A stretch of DNA of 64,000 nucleotides from Chloroflexota bacterium (GTDB lineage Bacteria > Chloroflexota > Limnocylindria > QHBO01). The DNA is taken from contig JBDTQD010000002.1 of NCBI GenBank assembly GCA_039932375.1, positions 133 through 64,132 of the forward strand, given 5' to 3'. The notes below the pieces were generated by a model, which worked only from the letters and a program-made list of their open reading frames with translations, was not told where the DNA came from and searched no databases. The translations under genes were made by a program, and so were the position numbers. Positions 47,063-57,891 of this stretch are shown here, one piece after another (within the stretch, counting starts at the first letter, position 1; every line of letters starts with the position of its first letter).

Positions 47063-47728
47063 CTAGTCGCCCTCGGCCAGGTACAGGATCACGGCCTTGA
47101 CGCGCTTGTGGACCGCTGGCTCCCACGTCAACCCGAGCTTGAGGAAGATCGAGTGGATCACCTTCTCGACGGACCTCTCCGTAACGACGATCTCTTCGGC
47201 GATCGACGCGTTGTTCCGACCCTCCGCCATCTGGCGCAGCACGTCACGCTCACGCTCGGTCAGCTGGCTGAGCGCCGACTTCGCGCCGCGCGCCTTCTCT
47301 GCCACCAGCCCCTCCACCACCTTCGGGTCGATCACCGAGCCGCCCTGTGCAACGCTCCGGATGGCAGCCACGAGCTGGTCGACGTCGTCGACCCGCTCCT
47401 TCAGCAGGTAGGCGCGTCCGGCGCTGCCGGCGTCCAGCAGGGCAAGCGCGTAGCTCGGGTTCGCGTACTGGCTGAGCACGACCACCCCCAGGTCTGGATC
47501 GGTCTCACGCAACCGCTTGGCGGCCTGGATCCCCTCGTCAGAGTCGCCCGGCGGCATGCGGATGTCGGTAACCACGACATCCGGATGCTCGCTTTCGACC
47601 GCTTTCAGCAACGAGTCAAGGTCGCCGCAGACCGCCGCGACTTCAAGCCCGGCCTGCGCCTCGAGCAATCGGCGAATGCCTTCACGGACGAGGTAGTGGT
47701 CCTCGGCGAGCACGAGCCGGATCGGCAT
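47063..47728 (-). CDS. NarL/LuxR-family response regulator
   Basis: REC domain MPIRLVLAEDHYLVREG plus C-terminal LuxR HTH. Confidence 0.8.
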   Translation of the reverse strand: MPIRLVLAEDHYLVREGIRRLLEAQAGLEVAAVCGDLDSLLKAVESEHPDVVVTDIRMPPGDSDEGIQAAKRLRETDPDLGVVVLSQYANPSYALALLDAGSAGRAYLLKERVDDVDQLVAAIRSVAQGGSVIDPKVVEGLVAEKARGAKSALSQLTERERDVLRQMAEGRNNASIAEEIVVTERSVEKVIHSIFLKLGLTWEPAVHKRVKAVILYLAEGD

Positions 47729-47745
47729 CGTCAGAGGATACCCCG

Positions 47746-48135
47746 GTGACGGCGTCGGACCTGCCGCTCGTCCTGATCGTGGACGACAATGACCGAAACC
47801 GGAAGCTGGCCGGCGACGTTCTTCGCGCGGCCAGCTTTCGGACCCTCGAGGCCCCAACTGCCACGGAAGCGATTGCGCTTGCCGCAGCTCATCTCCCCGA
47901 TCTGATCCTGATGGATCTCCGGCTTCCCGACCTGGATGGCGTCGAGGCGGCGCGGAGGATTCGGTCCGACCCACGAACGTCGGGGATCCCGGTTGTCGCG
48001 TTGAGCGCTCTGCCACCAGGTGCCGGCGACGACTGGCTGCTCGATGCTGGCTTCGCTGGCTACGTGGTCAAGCCGATCGACATCGATGCGTTCCCCGATC
48101 TGGTACGCGGTTTCTGTGCGCGCCGGCCGCGATGA
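47746..48135 (+). CDS. Single-domain (CheY-like) response regulator
   Basis: LVLIVDDNDRNRKL...MDLRLPDLDG...YVVKP; AGAGGA RBS, GTG start. Confidence 0.75.
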   Translation: MTASDLPLVLIVDDNDRNRKLAGDVLRAASFRTLEAPTATEAIALAAAHLPDLILMDLRLPDLDGVEAARRIRSDPRTSGIPVVALSALPPGAGDDWLLDAGFAGYVVKPIDIDAFPDLVRGFCARRPR

Positions 48136-48257
48136 CCCCACCCACCGTCGTCAGGGTGCCAGCATCCCAACCGGGTGGGAGGCAGGCAGGGTTGGCGAGC
48201 GGTCGACCCCCTCGTACGATGGCGTGAATGAATCGGTACCGGCGAGGTAGATCACCG

Positions 48258-49358
48258 ATGAAAGCGGCCTTGGCATCGTCGCGGGTTCTGGCGAGCATCC
48301 TCCTGTTCGCGGGTCTGCTTGGTGCGTGCTCCGGGGCGTCTGGCAACAGCCCGACCCCGAGGCCCATCCCACGTGTCGGTCTGATGCACGTCGGGACGGA
48401 CCACAACCCGCCATCCCTGGCCGCGCTCGTATCGCGCCTCTCCGAACTCGGCTGGTTCGACGGCTCCCCGGACGCCGCGATGCGCCAGCTCGTCGGCGAC
48501 GGGACGACAAAGGTGCAGGGCAAGATGGCGCAGCTGCAAGGTGAATTTGACGGTCTTCGGATCGTTCTGATCTGGCGCAACCTCGCGCCGAGTGAAGTGA
48601 ACCAGCAGGCCAAGGACTACGTCGACCAGGACGTTGACGTAATCGTCGCCTTCGAGGACAAGTCGATCCGCGCAGCGCAGGACGCGACGGCGCAGCCAGG
48701 AAACCAGATTCCGGTCGTCTTCCTTCACCCATCCGATCCCGTCAGAGACGGCCTCGTGCAGAGCCTTTCCCATCCGGGCGGAAACCTGACGGGCGTCTTT
48801 GGGGCGAGGGATCCTGTGGCCAAGCAGCTCGAGCTCTACAAGGAGATCATGCCCGGGGTACAGCGGCTGCTCACGCTCGTCGACCCGGCCGACACGACGG
48901 CGACGCCACCCCTCCTGACGCAGGCAAGCGATGCCGCGCAGCAGCTTGGCATCACTCTGGTCATGCGGAATGCGTCCGACCAGGCCGGGCTCCAGCAGGC
49001 CTTCCAGTCACTCACACCGGGCGATGTCGACGGCGCGTTCCTGCTATCTCCGAGCCTGCGGCTCAACTTATCGCAAGCCGCGATCGACCTAGCAACGGCA
49101 GCGAACCTCCCCATCCAGGCCCACCGTAAGGAGTGGGTCAAGTACGGCGCGCTCTTCTCGCTCGGCGTCGACGTCGGCCCGGTGGGAACCGCCGGCGCGA
49201 ACTTCGTCGACGCCATCCTCAAGGGCCAGCCGCCCGCCGACCTGGCCGTCGAGGAGGTGCCGCGGGTCGAGTTCGCGCTCAACCTCAAGAGAGCGAAGGA
49301 GCTCAGCATCGAGGTAAAGCAGGAGGTGCTCGACCAGGTCGATGTGGTGTATCGCTAG
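48258..49358 (+). CDS. ABC_sub_bind-type (PF04392-like) substrate-binding lipoprotein
   Basis: Lipoprotein signal LLGAC; family pattern; immediately upstream of the sensor kinase. Confidence 0.7.
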   Translation: MKAALASSRVLASILLFAGLLGACSGASGNSPTPRPIPRVGLMHVGTDHNPPSLAALVSRLSELGWFDGSPDAAMRQLVGDGTTKVQGKMAQLQGEFDGLRIVLIWRNLAPSEVNQQAKDYVDQDVDVIVAFEDKSIRAAQDATAQPGNQIPVVFLHPSDPVRDGLVQSLSHPGGNLTGVFGARDPVAKQLELYKEIMPGVQRLLTLVDPADTTATPPLLTQASDAAQQLGITLVMRNASDQAGLQQAFQSLTPGDVDGAFLLSPSLRLNLSQAAIDLATAANLPIQAHRKEWVKYGALFSLGVDVGPVGTAGANFVDAILKGQPPADLAVEEVPRVEFALNLKRAKELSIEVKQEVLDQVDVVYR

Positions 49359-49390
49359 CCCGGCCCAGACACCGAGGCCTTAGCGTGGAG

Positions 49391-51256
49391 ATGCCGGCGC
49401 GGCTGCGTGACCGCCTCATCTGGAAGTACACCGCGGTTGTCGTGACGCTGGTAGCCGCGGCCATCATCTCGGTCGGAGTCAGCGAGTCCTACTTCACCTA
49501 CGAGGACAGCAAGCGGGCCGTAACCAGCTCGGAGGCGGACAAGGCCTCGTCCGCCGCGGTGTCAATCGACCAGTTCATCCAGGGAATCCTGGGGGATCTC
49601 GCGGGCGTGGCCCAGCCGATGGTCGATCCGGGTGGACTGGAGCGGAAGCAGGCGTTCAGCAGCCTCCTCCACCTCCAGAAGTTGTTGATCCAGTTGACAT
49701 ACCTGGATGCACGCGGAATCGACTGCGTTCGCGCATATTCCTTCGAGAAGAACCTGGTCAACAGTTCCGAGTGCGCTGACGATCGGGCGACGAGCCAAGA
49801 GTTCATCCGCGCCAGGTCCGACGGTCAGTACTTCGGCCCTGTTGACTTCGACGCAAGCACGGCCAGGCCGCACATGACCGTCGCGGTGGCCGAGGCTTCG
49901 CCCGGGAAGGGTGTCATCGTCGCCGACGTCGACCTGAGGTCCGTCCGGGAGGCACTCGACCGGGCGCGGATCGGCACCGCTGGCTATGCGTACGCCGTCG
50001 ACTCGACTGGCGAGCTGATCGCCCATCCTGACACCAACCTGGTGCTCCGCCATACGAGCTTCGCGGAGCTGCCACAGGTGCAGGCCGCTCTGACCGGGGC
50101 CTCAGCGGCTCCCGCTGGCGTGGTGACCGCGGGACGTGATCTGGGCGGAAAGGAGGTCCTGAGCGCTTTTCAACGAGTGGCACAGCCCGGCTGGTGGGTC
50201 TTCGTCGAGGAACCGCTGAGCGAGGCGTTTGCGCCGATCGAGTCGGCGATTTGGCGCACGGTGTTGCTGCTGGTGGCGTTCCTCCTCGCTGCCGTGGTCA
50301 CGAGCGTGCTGCTTGCGCGCAACCTGGTGAGGCCCATCGAGTCGATCCAGGCCGCGGCCGCGAGCATCGGCTCGGGTGCGCTCAACCAGCGCATCGAGAT
50401 CTCGAGCCGTGACGAGCTCGGCGCGCTGGCGGACGAGTTCAACCGCATGGCGGCCCGCCTGCAGGAGTTCTACGCCGGCCTGGAGAAGCAGGTGCAGGAG
50501 CGGACCCAGGAGCTCGCCACGGCGCTCGCCGAACTGGATGAAAGGAGCCGCGAGCTCGAGGCTGCGAGTCGCCACAAGTCGGAGTTCCTGGCCAACATGT
50601 CGCATGAGCTCCGGACCCCGCTGAATGCGATCAGCGGCTTCTCGCAGGTGCTTCGGAAGCAGCTGTTCGGCGAGATCAACGAGAAGCAGGCCGAATACCT
50701 CGACGACATCCTCGGCTCGGCACGCCACCTGCTGTCGCTCATCGACGACGTCCTCGACCTATCGAAGGTCGAGGCGGGCCAGATCGATCTCCGGGTCGCT
50801 CCCTTCTCGCTGCCCGAGGCGCTCGAGCGCGGGGTTGTCATCGTGCGCGAGCGGGCGATGAAGGGAGGGGTCCAGGTCACTGCGTCGTCGGACCCGGGCG
50901 TCGAGACGGTCATCGGCGATGAGCGCCGGATCATCCAGGTGATCTTCAACCTGCTCTCGAACGCGGTCAAGTTCACGCCGGCGGGCGGTACGATCGACGT
51001 GGCTGCAACCCGCGTCGACGATGAGGTGCGAGTTTCAGTCAGTGACAGCGGCCCCGGCATCGCGCAGGAGGACCAGGACCGAATCTTCGAGGAGTTCCAG
51101 CAGGCCGATGCGGGGAAGGAGCAGCGCGAGGGGACGGGCCTTGGGCTCGCACTTTCCAAGCGCCTTGTCGAGCTGCACGGCGGACGGATCTGGGTCGACA
51201 GCGAGCTCGGGAAGGGCAGCACGTTCGTGTTCACCCTGCCGGATCGGCCTGTGTAG
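49391..51256 (+). CDS. Sensor histidine kinase (2 TM, extracytoplasmic domain, HAMP, HisKA, HATPase_c)
   Basis: H-box [14 protein letters not shown] boxes, TM1 and TM2. Confidence 0.85.
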   Translation: MPARLRDRLIWKYTAVVVTLVAAAIISVGVSESYFTYEDSKRAVTSSEADKASSAAVSIDQFIQGILGDLAGVAQPMVDPGGLERKQAFSSLLHLQKLLIQLTYLDARGIDCVRAYSFEKNLVNSSECADDRATSQEFIRARSDGQYFGPVDFDASTARPHMTVAVAEASPGKGVIVADVDLRSVREALDRARIGTAGYAYAVDSTGELIAHPDTNLVLRHTSFAELPQVQAALTGASAAPAGVVTAGRDLGGKEVLSAFQRVAQPGWWVFVEEPLSEAFAPIESAIWRTVLLLVAFLLAAVVTSVLLARNLVRPIESIQAAAASIGSGALNQRIEISSRDELGALADEFNRMAARLQEFYAGLEKQVQERTQELATALAELDERSRELEAASRHKSEFLANMSHELRTPLNAISGFSQVLRKQLFGEINEKQAEYLDDILGSARHLLSLIDDVLDLSKVEAGQIDLRVAPFSLPEALERGVVIVRERAMKGGVQVTASSDPGVETVIGDERRIIQVIFNLLSNAVKFTPAGGTIDVAATRVDDEVRVSVSDSGPGIAQEDQDRIFEEFQQADAGKEQREGTGLGLALSKRLVELHGGRIWVDSELGKGSTFVFTLPDRPV

Positions 51257-51258
51257 CC

Positions 51259-51639
51259 ATGGCCGGCGAGCAGATCCTGGTGGTCGAAGACAACGAGAAG
51301 AACATGAAGCTGCTTCGCGACGTGCTCCATGCGACCGGGTATCGGACGCTGGAGGCATCGACCGGGGGCCAGGCCCTGGCGCTGGCGACCGAGCATCGAC
51401 CAGCCCTCGTGCTGATGGACATCCGGCTGCCCGACATGGACGGCCTTGAGGCGTTGAGCCTGCTGCGGATGGATGAGCGCACCGCCGCCATACCAGTGCT
51501 CGCGGTGACCGCCCAGGCGATGCGCGGAGACCGCGAGCAGCTTACGCTGGCGGGCTTCGATGGTTACATTTCGAAGCCGGTTGACGTCGACGAGCTCCTC
51601 GAGACCGTCAGGCAGCACTGCGAGGGAGCGGAGACGTGA
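51259..51639 (+). CDS. Single-domain response regulator (CheY-like)
   Basis: ILVVEDNEKNMKL...MDIRLPDMDG...YISKP. Confidence 0.85.
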   Translation: MAGEQILVVEDNEKNMKLLRDVLHATGYRTLEASTGGQALALATEHRPALVLMDIRLPDMDGLEALSLLRMDERTAAIPVLAVTAQAMRGDREQLTLAGFDGYISKPVDVDELLETVRQHCEGAET

Positions 51640-52769
51640 ATCAGGACCAGCCTGCCCGAATCCTCGTCGTGGACGACATCGCGGAGAACGTGCGTCTGCT
51701 GGAGGCATTGCTCACTGCGCGCGGCTACGAGGTCATTTCGGCCAATGACGGCGCGTCCGCGCTCGAGCTCGTCGCGACGGCGAAACCCGATCTTGTCCTG
51801 CTCGACGTCATGATGCCGCCGCCCGATGGCTACGCCGTGTGCCGGCAGCTTCGCGAGCGCGGAGAGACGGCGATGTTGCCAGTCATCATGCTCACGGCGG
51901 CCCTCGGGCCGGAAAAGACGATGGGCCTCGAGGCCGGCGCCGACGACTTCATCACCAAGCCGTTTGATCACGACGAGCTGTTCGCACGGGTGCAGTCGCT
52001 GCTCCGGATCAAGCGCTACCACGACGTCATCACTGACTTGAACCGGACGCTCGAAGAGCGAGTGAGCATGCAGGTCGCGGAACTTGCGCGCGTGCGGCGC
52101 CTGCAGCGGTTCCTGTCACCACGGCTCGCCGAGGCCATCATCTCGTCGGGCGACGAATCCATCCTCGTCAGCCACCGCCGACAGGTGGCGATGCTCTTCG
52201 CCGACCTGCGCGGCTGGACCAGTTTCGTCGACGCGGTCGAGCCTGAGGAGCTGATGCGCGTACTTGGGGAATTCCACGAAACGATCGGTCGCTTGGTAAG
52301 TCGCTTCGACGCGACGGTCGGCTTCCTCGAGGGCGACGGCGTCCAGCTCTTCTTCAACGACCCGATCGAGGTACCGGACGCTCCGTTGCGGGCAGTCCGG
52401 CTGAGTTGCGCGCTCCGCGACGAGACGGCTCAGCTGATCCCTCAATGGCGGAAGCGGGGCCACGACCTCGACCTGGGAATCGGAATCGCGCTGGGCTACG
52501 CGACCTGCGGTGAGGTTGGCTTCGAGGCGCGCTCCGACTATGCGGCGATCGGAGCGGTGACCAACCTTGCCTCGCGGCTCTCCGACCGGGCACTTGGTGG
52601 GCAGATCCTGATCGCACAGCGGCTCTACGCCGAGGTCGAGGACGACGTCGAGGTCGAGCCGATCGGTGAGCTTGAGCTGAAGGGCTTCCAACGGCCGGTC
52701 ACGGCCTTCAACGTCATCGCCATGCGTCGTCCCGCTGCATCCTCTCTCGAGACGCCGGGCGCCGAGTAG
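51636..52769 (+). CDS. Response regulator with class III adenylate/guanylate cyclase output domain
   Basis: N-terminal REC domain; C-terminal CHD-domain motifs (MLFADLRGWT, GDGVQLFF); GTGA overlap with the upstream gene. Confidence 0.85.
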   Translation: MNQDQPARILVVDDIAENVRLLEALLTARGYEVISANDGASALELVATAKPDLVLLDVMMPPPDGYAVCRQLRERGETAMLPVIMLTAALGPEKTMGLEAGADDFITKPFDHDELFARVQSLLRIKRYHDVITDLNRTLEERVSMQVAELARVRRLQRFLSPRLAEAIISSGDESILVSHRRQVAMLFADLRGWTSFVDAVEPEELMRVLGEFHETIGRLVSRFDATVGFLEGDGVQLFFNDPIEVPDAPLRAVRLSCALRDETAQLIPQWRKRGHDLDLGIGIALGYATCGEVGFEARSDYAAIGAVTNLASRLSDRALGGQILIAQRLYAEVEDDVEVEPIGELELKGFQRPVTAFNVIAMRRPAASSLETPGAE

Positions 52770-52953
52770 CACCCCGCTGGGCACCCGTCGTGTCGGGGCC
52801 TCGACGGCCTCCTTAGACTTCGCGCATGCCTGACCCGGACGAGGCTCGGCGCCTGCCCCAAGCAGCCCGGGTCGCGGAGCGCATCGCCGGCGGCTGATGC
52901 CCAGGGCGTCGCGAGCCCTTTGCCACGACCCGCCCGGCGTGCCACCATCCGGC

Positions 52954-53682
52954 ATGCGCCTGCCGCTCTTCCCGCTCCACGTCGTCCTCTTCCCGCACCT
53001 GCCCTTGCCGCTTCACATCTTCGAGGAGCGCTACCGGGCCATGACCCGCGACCTGATGGCGGACGGTTCGCCGTACGGCGGCCGGTTCGTGATCAGCCCC
53101 AGCACCTCGGGCGCGGAGGCCGGTGAGTCGGGCATCGCCCCCGAGATTGGATCGATCGGCACGGTCGCCGAAGTCCGTCGCGCCGAGCGCTTTGCCGACG
53201 GCCGCTGGGCGCTGGTGGTGGTCGGGGTCGAGCGAGTAAGGATGGGCGATGTCGATCGATCCGGGCCATATGCGCTGGTCGAGGTGGAGCCGCTGCCCGA
53301 GTCGCTGGGCGACGCGGAACAGGCGGGTCGTCTCCTGCCCCAGGTGCAGGCCGCGCTCGACGCCTACCTCGACACGGTGAAACGCTTCGTGGCCTCCGCG
53401 GCGTCCCAGGGGAAAGAGTCGCAGGAGATCAGCGACGTGGCAGCCTCTCTGGACGAAGTCCTCAAGCCGATCCACCTGCCGGACGACCCGCTGGCGGCCA
53501 GCTACGCGGTGGCCGGGGTGCTCCAGATCGAGCTGCACCGCAAGCAGCAGCTCCTCGAGCAGCCCGACGGCGCCGCACGCCTCCAGGCCGAGCTGAACCT
53601 GCTCCGTCGTGAGGCCCGCCTCCTGGCGGATGGCTCGGTGCCACCGGTCGGCCGCGACGATCTCCGCTACAACCTCAACTGA
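52954..53682 (+). CDS. LON N-terminal (substrate-binding) domain protein
   Basis: LPLFPLHVVLFPHLPLPLHIFEERY, the typical Lon N-domain opening. Confidence 0.7.
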   Translation: MRLPLFPLHVVLFPHLPLPLHIFEERYRAMTRDLMADGSPYGGRFVISPSTSGAEAGESGIAPEIGSIGTVAEVRRAERFADGRWALVVVGVERVRMGDVDRSGPYALVEVEPLPESLGDAEQAGRLLPQVQAALDAYLDTVKRFVASAASQGKESQEISDVAASLDEVLKPIHLPDDPLAASYAVAGVLQIELHRKQQLLEQPDGAARLQAELNLLRREARLLADGSVPPVGRDDLRYNLN

Positions 53683-53686
53683 GCCG

Positions 53687-54778
53687 ATGAGCCGGCGCCT
53701 CCTCGCCGCGGTGGCCGCGGCCGTCGTCCTGCTGAGCGCCTGCAGCGCGACGCCGTCGCCGTCGACGAGCTCGAGCGTCAACGGCCAGCCCACTCCCACG
53801 TCCTTCGGGACCACCGATCCGAGCGAGAGCGCCTCCCCGACCGCCACCGCCAGCCAGCCGCCAGCCGGCGCCACCTACACGGTTCGCCCCGGCGACACGC
53901 TCTCGTCGATTTCCCGTGACTGGGGCACGACCGTTACCCGGCTCCAGTCCTGGAATGGCGTTGCATACCCCTCGCTGCTGACCGACCCCAACACCCTCGA
54001 GGCCGGCTGGGTGCTGGTCGTCGCCGCCAATCCAAACACCACCCCGCAGCCGACCCCGACGACTCCGGCCAGTGGCTGCCGGGCCGGAAATCGGGTGCCT
54101 GCCGGCACCTCCGAGACGTTCGCCAAGGTGCCCGGCGCGGGCCATGCCTTGGCGCTCACGCTCGACATGGGCGGGCGCCTCGACCCGGGGATCGAAATCC
54201 TCAACTTCCTGATCGCCAGCAGGGTGTGCGTCACCCTCTTCCCGACCGGCGCGATGGCGCAGACCGCAGAGGGTCGGAAGGTGATGGCGATCATCAAGGC
54301 GCATCCGGAGCTGTTCGAGATCGGCAACCACACCATGCACCACTGCAACCTGGTGAGCGGCGGCGGCGGCTCCCCGACGGCGGCGCCCTGCACGGGTGTG
54401 AGCCCGACGGCAGACTTCATCCGCTCTGAGCTGACCGATGCGGCGGCGATCCTGGAACCGCTCTCCGGCCAGCGGCCGGTCCCGTACTGGCGCCCGCCAT
54501 ACGGTGCCGTGAACCAGGCGGTCCGCGACGCGGCGGCATCGGTCGGGTACACCAAGACCTTCATGTGGGATATCGACACGATCGACTGGAAGCCGATCGC
54601 CGATGGCGGGCCAACGGCCAAGCAGATCGCGAGCAAGGTCATGAGCCGCTCCACCGACGGCTCGAACGTGCTGATGCACCTGGGCGGCTACGAGACCCTC
54701 GACGCGCTGAAGATCATGGTCCCCGGCCTGCGCGATCGGGGCTTCCTGCTGACGAGCCTCTCCGACCTGCTGAACTAG
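53687..54778 (+). CDS. Lipoprotein with LysM domain + polysaccharide deacetylase (NodB) domain
   Basis: Signal/lipobox LLSACS; LysM YTVRPGDTLSSISRDWG; NodB motifs. Confidence 0.8.
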   Translation: MSRRLLAAVAAAVVLLSACSATPSPSTSSSVNGQPTPTSFGTTDPSESASPTATASQPPAGATYTVRPGDTLSSISRDWGTTVTRLQSWNGVAYPSLLTDPNTLEAGWVLVVAANPNTTPQPTPTTPASGCRAGNRVPAGTSETFAKVPGAGHALALTLDMGGRLDPGIEILNFLIASRVCVTLFPTGAMAQTAEGRKVMAIIKAHPELFEIGNHTMHHCNLVSGGGGSPTAAPCTGVSPTADFIRSELTDAAAILEPLSGQRPVPYWRPPYGAVNQAVRDAAASVGYTKTFMWDIDTIDWKPIADGGPTAKQIASKVMSRSTDGSNVLMHLGGYETLDALKIMVPGLRDRGFLLTSLSDLLN

Positions 54779-55515
54779 GCGACCAGCTCCCGGATCATGG
54801 CCAGCGCCTCATCTGATGGCGCCGGGAGAATGGCGACCGATGTAGCGCGGCGGATCGACCAGCCGCTGCCGGCATCGACCGTCCACTCGTCGACCCCGGG
54901 ATGGAGGCTGGAGAGCTCCATCTCCCCATCCGACCCGAAGTGGTAGACGCCGAGCTGGGTGACGACGGCAGTTGGCCCGGCGCCGGCCCAGGCCGCCCGC
55001 CCACCGCTCCCATCGGGCCTGCGATGGCCGGGCGAGGTCACGAAGTCGACCCGATCGACGAAGGAGCGCGTCGACTGGCTCATGACCACGATCACGCGCC
55101 GGGCATTGAGGGCGATCTCGCAGGCGCCGCCGGATCCCGGCAGCCGCACGCTCGGGCGCTGGTACGGCCCGATGACGGTGGTGTTGAGATTCCCCCAGCG
55201 GTCGATCTGGGCGGCGCCAAGCATCCCGACCTCGATCCGGCCGCCCTGCAGGAAGCCGCCGAAGAGGTCGCGCATGCTCATCGTGCCGGCGGCGCCCGAC
55301 ACGAGCGCCGGGTCGCCGATGCTGTCGGGGAGCCGCGTCGGCCGCGCTCCGACCACGCCGGATTCGTAGATCAGCTCCAGGTCGGGTGCGACCGATTGGC
55401 GCGCCAGGATGGCGGCGGCGTTCGGCAGCCCGATCCCTACGAAGACGGTGCGCACGCCGGACAGCTCGTCTGCCGCCGCGGAGATCATCAGCTCGTCGGG
55501 GGTGGCGTCGCTCAC
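54775..55515 (-). CDS. CoA-transferase subunit B (3-oxoacid/glutaconate CoA-transferase family)
   Basis: Family pattern; GTG start overlaps the subunit A stop (GTGA). Confidence 0.8.
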   Translation of the reverse strand: MSDATPDELMISAAADELSGVRTVFVGIGLPNAAAILARQSVAPDLELIYESGVVGARPTRLPDSIGDPALVSGAAGTMSMRDLFGGFLQGGRIEVGMLGAAQIDRWGNLNTTVIGPYQRPSVRLPGSGGACEIALNARRVIVVMSQSTRSFVDRVDFVTSPGHRRPDGSGGRAAWAGAGPTAVVTQLGVYHFGSDGEMELSSLHPGVDEWTVDAGSGWSIRRATSVAILPAPSDEALAMIRELVA

Positions 55516-56423
55516 CGGTAGCTCCCGTAGTCGACGCTCCCCGATGGGCGCGGCTCGGGGCGCAGCGCGTCGAGGGCGGCGGAGCCCAGTCGGGCGAGGT
55601 AAGCATCCCGGCCCTTCAGGCCAACGACCCACTCGTCGAGCCAGGCCGCGAGGCGCCCGGGGTCGCGGCTGATGGCATCCCAATCGCGATAGAAGGCGTT
55701 GTCGCGGTCGTAGTGGCCCTGCGCGTACGAGGGGTGGGCGCCGAACGGCTCGACGCAGACAGCGTCGACCACCGTCCCCGGCAGCAGCGTGCGATCGGGG
55801 TCATCGCGCACGACAAACGAGTCGACCACCTGCTCGACCACGGCGATGACGCGGCCCGCGGCGAGCGCCGCCTCGCGCTGGACCCCGACGATCCCCCAGG
55901 CCTGGACGTTGCCGTCGATATCGGCCCGCTGGGCGTGAACGATGGTGACGTCCGGGTTGAGCGGCGGCACGACGGCGATCTCCTCGCCGTCGTAGGGCGA
56001 GGAGACCCGGCGGATCAGGGGATTGGCATCGGCCAGGTCGCTGCCGTCGTATGAGCGGAGCGGGAAGAAGGGGAGGCGGCTGGCACCGGCGGCGTAGCGC
56101 GCCACCATGCCGTGGTGGCTGTACTCCTCGATCTCGAGCGACCCATCCTCGATTGCGCGGCGAATCGCGTGGAGCGACCCGACGCCAGGATTGCCGAGCC
56201 ACGAGAAGACGAGCTTCGTGGCGCATCCGGCGGCGACCATCTGGTCGTAGACGAGGTCAGGGGTGAGGCGGGCGAGCGTCAGACCGCGCCTGCCCTGGCG
56301 GATCACCTCGTGCGCGGCGGCGAAGCTGATCAGGTGCGTGAAGCCCTCGATCGCCAGGATGTCGCCGTCGTGGACGTGCTCGGCTATGGCGTCCCGCAGG
56401 CTCGTGACCTTGGAGTCGGCCAT
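55512..56423 (-). CDS. CoA-transferase subunit A
   Basis: Family pattern; precedes subunit B. Confidence 0.8.
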   Translation of the reverse strand: MADSKVTSLRDAIAEHVHDGDILAIEGFTHLISFAAAHEVIRQGRRGLTLARLTPDLVYDQMVAAGCATKLVFSWLGNPGVGSLHAIRRAIEDGSLEIEEYSHHGMVARYAAGASRLPFFPLRSYDGSDLADANPLIRRVSSPYDGEEIAVVPPLNPDVTIVHAQRADIDGNVQAWGIVGVQREAALAAGRVIAVVEQVVDSFVVRDDPDRTLLPGTVVDAVCVEPFGAHPSYAQGHYDRDNAFYRDWDAISRDPGRLAAWLDEWVVGLKGRDAYLARLGSAALDALRPEPRPSGSVDYGSYR

Positions 56424-56459
56424 CGGCCTCGACCAGCAGCTAGGCGGGCGCGAGCCGGT

Positions 56460-57833
56460 TCATCCGCCGGTCTCGTTGATTCCCCGCTTCGGGTGGCTCG
56501 CAGCGGCAATCGCCTCTCCGAAGAGCCGGATCGCGGTATCGACCGCGGCGTCGTCCACGATCAGCGGCGGGCAGAGCCGGATCGTGGCCTCCCCGCATTC
56601 CAGCACCAGCAGGCCGAGCCCGAAAGCCGCCTGCTGCACTGCATTCGCGGCCTCGTGGCTCGCGAACTCGACGCCGATCATCAGCCCGACGCCCCGGATG
56701 TCGCGCACGCCTTCGTGCTCGGTGGCAACCTGCTCGACGCCTGCCAGCAGCCGCGCTCCCATCCTGGCGGCGTTCTCCATCAGCCCGCCCTCGATCAGGT
56801 CCATGGTGGCCTTGCCGGCGGCAGCGCAGACGGGGTTGCCGGCGAAGGTCGAGCCGTGGGCGCCGGCCGGCCAGGTCATAACCGAGCTGCGTGCCACGAA
56901 TGCGCCGAGCGGCATCCCCGATGCGATCCCCTTGGCGGTGGTGACGATGTCCGGCTCGATGCCCGCATGCTGGATCGCCCACCATCGGCCTGTCCGGCCC
57001 ATCCCTGACTGGATCTCGTCGGCGACGAGCAGGATGCCGTGCTCATCACAAAGCTCGCGGAGCCCCTTGAGGAACGAGGTGGGCGCCGGGAAGTAGCCGC
57101 CTTCGCCCTGGATCGGCTCGATCACGATCGCCGCCACGTCACCCGGCGCGATCAGCCGGCCCAGGATGCTGCGTCGCAGCACATCCAGCTCGGCGCTGCC
57201 ATCGCCGCCGCTCCCCTCGCGCCAGCTGCGGACCCGCGGGAATGGCGCGTGATAGACCATCGGTAGGAGCGGCCCGAAGCCGGCTCGCTGCTTGAGCTTG
57301 CTGTTGGTGAGCGACAAGGCCCCCATGGTCCGGCCATGGAATGCGCCCTCGAAGGCGATCAGGCCGGGCCGATGGGTGTGGTAGCGCGCCAGCTTGATGG
57401 CTCCCTCGACCGCCTCGGTGCCCGAGTTGGTGAGGAAGACGCGTGCCGGCTCTGCGAACGGCGCGATCCGCGCCAGGTGCTCGGTCAGCTCCAGGTAGCG
57501 CGGCTCGTAGAAATCGGTCGCCGCGATGTGGATCAGCCGATCGGCCTGGGCCTTGATCGCCTCGACCACCTTGGGATGGCCGTGCCCGGTGGAGCAGACG
57601 GCGATGCCGGCAGCGAAGTCCAGGAAGCGGTTGCCATCGACATCGGTGATGACGCATCCGCTGCCGGTATCGGCGACCAGGGGATAGGCCCTTGTCAGGC
57701 TGGGGCTGACGACCGCGTCGTCACGGGCGATCAGCGCCCGCGCCCGAGGGCCGGGCAGCTCGGTGACGATGTGCGGCGCCGTGATGCGGGCAGCCGCGTT
57801 GGAGGTGCTGGTCTCGAGGGTCATCGGTACCAA
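56460..57833 (-). CDS. Class III aminotransferase (4-aminobutyrate aminotransferase-like)
   Basis: PLP-AT class III motifs (DEIQSGMGRTG, TTAKGI). Confidence 0.85.
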   Translation of the reverse strand: MVPMTLETSTSNAAARITAPHIVTELPGPRARALIARDDAVVSPSLTRAYPLVADTGSGCVITDVDGNRFLDFAAGIAVCSTGHGHPKVVEAIKAQADRLIHIAATDFYEPRYLELTEHLARIAPFAEPARVFLTNSGTEAVEGAIKLARYHTHRPGLIAFEGAFHGRTMGALSLTNSKLKQRAGFGPLLPMVYHAPFPRVRSWREGSGGDGSAELDVLRRSILGRLIAPGDVAAIVIEPIQGEGGYFPAPTSFLKGLRELCDEHGILLVADEIQSGMGRTGRWWAIQHAGIEPDIVTTAKGIASGMPLGAFVARSSVMTWPAGAHGSTFAGNPVCAAAGKATMDLIEGGLMENAARMGARLLAGVEQVATEHEGVRDIRGVGLMIGVEFASHEAANAVQQAAFGLGLLVLECGEATIRLCPPLIVDDAAVDTAIRLFGEAIAAASHPKRGINETGG

Positions 57834-57891
57834 TACTCCGAGCGGAGCGGCGCGTCCTGCCCGCGCCCCTGGCTAGTTGGCGGCCATCGTA

